Positions 62,704 through 64,000 of a stretch of DNA of 64,000 nucleotides are shown here, one piece after another. The stretch is from Paraphysomonas bandaiensis (taxonomy: Eukaryota > Protista > Chrysophyceae), in the NCBI GenBank assembly GCA_965644295.1, contig CBFFRP010000242.1, positions 1 through 64,000 on the forward strand, in the 5' to 3' direction. Every line of letters starts with the position of its first letter. Within the stretch, counting starts at the first letter, position 1. The notes under the pieces are model-generated. The model had not been told where the DNA came from. It made no database searches and saw nothing but the letters and a program-made list of their open reading frames with translations. Position numbers and translations under genes: made by a program.

Positions 62704-62865
62704 CTACAGCGGTATCGGCATCCTTTGTGTATTTTTGTTCAGAGATGCCTCAAATATTGAGACAACAATTATCTGTATTCCAGACGTAGTTCTACTTCAG
62801 TAATGTATACGATATTTTGCTTCAATTTATTCACGAAAATATATGATGCTGACTGCCGATACGAG
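62704..62865. repeat. Dispersed repeat, copy 3 of the GTATCGGCA family
   Basis: Internal inverted motifs GTATCGGCA (~62712) and TGCCGATAC (~62854). Homologous to 3560-3940 and 30982-31100. Confidence 0.75.
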
Positions 62866-63084
62866 TATCCAGAACTTAGACTGTACAGGACATTTCCACT
62901 CAAGATAGACCATGTGTTCCTATAAAAAGCAGAGATTTTAATGTCAGTGGAATGTGTAAAATCAAAATATATAGTATTTCCATCCTTAAAATACAACTTT
63001 TCTTATAAAAAGAAGGGATTTTAATCTTCACTGGAGTGCATATATGATTAAGTCATACCCACATCCTTGTTAACACCAAGCCGT

Positions 63085-63415
63085 GCGCAATCATTCTGGA
63101 GGCATGTCTCAGGAGTGTGGTACTGGTACTGGTACTGATTAAACTAAGCAATGCATAGATCTATATTAAAATCCCGGCGTATTCTTTATGTGTGGCGCCG
63201 AGCAAGCCTCAGCTAGATTTACACTATACTTGAGTGGACCATACATGATTACAAAGAAACTACACGCTTCGACAATGCAATGCTAGCCTGCACTCTGTCA
63301 TGCGTTGACAAGAGAAGTTTCACGTAATCTGTGTCGGGGGACGTGAAGGCAAACACGGCCTGCTTAGAATCTGCGCGAAGTTCATACATAACTCATACAG
63401 CAATGAGAAAACCTC
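63085..63415 (-). pseudogene. Degraded coding module, copy 2
   Basis: YELRADSKQAVFAF..DYVKLL and FFVIMYGPLKYSVNLA. Direct-repeat homology to 61365-61710. Confidence 0.5.
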
Positions 63416-64000
63416 GTAATCTTTGTAAAGGTGAACATGGGTGGGATATTAGGGTGGTAGTCAAGGAATCTTTGCGCAATCTATATGGTATATGGTCAGT
63501 CAAGGTAGTGAACGGGTGGGTAGATGACTGCGTAGAAATCTTGGCGTTATATGTGGCATGCCCACGAGCCTACACGATGGCCACAGCGTGGGAATGGGGC
63601 ACTGTCTACATAGGAAATTTTAGATGAAAGGCTATTGAAGCGATGCAAACCGAAAAAAGGGCAGAAGGCACTCTTATCCCAGTGCATTTCTCAAGCTGAC
63701 AAATTTGTAGTAGATAGCCAACAAGTTACCAACTGACTGAATGAATAGTATGAATATTGTGTAATAATAAGCCTCGGTTACTTGACTTGATTTTTCTGAA
63801 CAAGTGATGACATGACAAAAATCGACATATACTACTATATGATATTTAGGTTTATTTCGACTCGACAACATATTGTATTTTGTCTGTACGTGCTATTACT
63901 TCTCGGCGAGTTACAACTCTGTTTTTCGTGTACACAATATTCGTAAATTACAATAACATTAACAAGGTTAACAGGTAGGTTTTTATATATATCAAGAAAT

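Noticed and set aside
1-64000. Alternative genetic code or non-canonical splicing
   Set aside because: The conserved genes I traced assemble with the standard code and GT-AG introns. In-frame stops fall in introns or transposon remnants.

Overview
Gene-dense eukaryotic nuclear DNA with the standard code and many ~45-70 nt GT-AG introns. The gene set and motifs point to a stramenopile alga or protist (inference). About 14 recognisable genes are present: CMC4, an FN3-WW-HECT E3 ligase, ATG7, a full-size ABCG transporter, eEF3, an F-box/ankyrin protein, RPLP1, a GRIP golgin with ~10 near-identical 315-bp repeats, an ankyrin-MORN protein, an MFS/POT-like transporter, an EF-hand protein, mL54, a CDPK-like kinase and a CCT protein. 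There are also two orphan intronless ORFs. Intergenic space holds copia remnants, hAT remnants, MITEs and two long (TATG)n arrays. The most unusual signal is a dispersed ~500-nt non-coding family at ~27.9, ~35.1-35.5 and ~48.6 kb. Its hairpins are kept across divergent copies with G.U-compatible changes, one 5'-truncated copy sits between 17-bp direct repeats, and two copies carry inverted self-fragments. It looks like a mobile structured RNA, either a Fanzor/TnpB omegaRNA-like remnant or a Penelope/SINE-like element; its identity is unverified. Exon boundaries were inferred by eye, and gene coordinates span introns.
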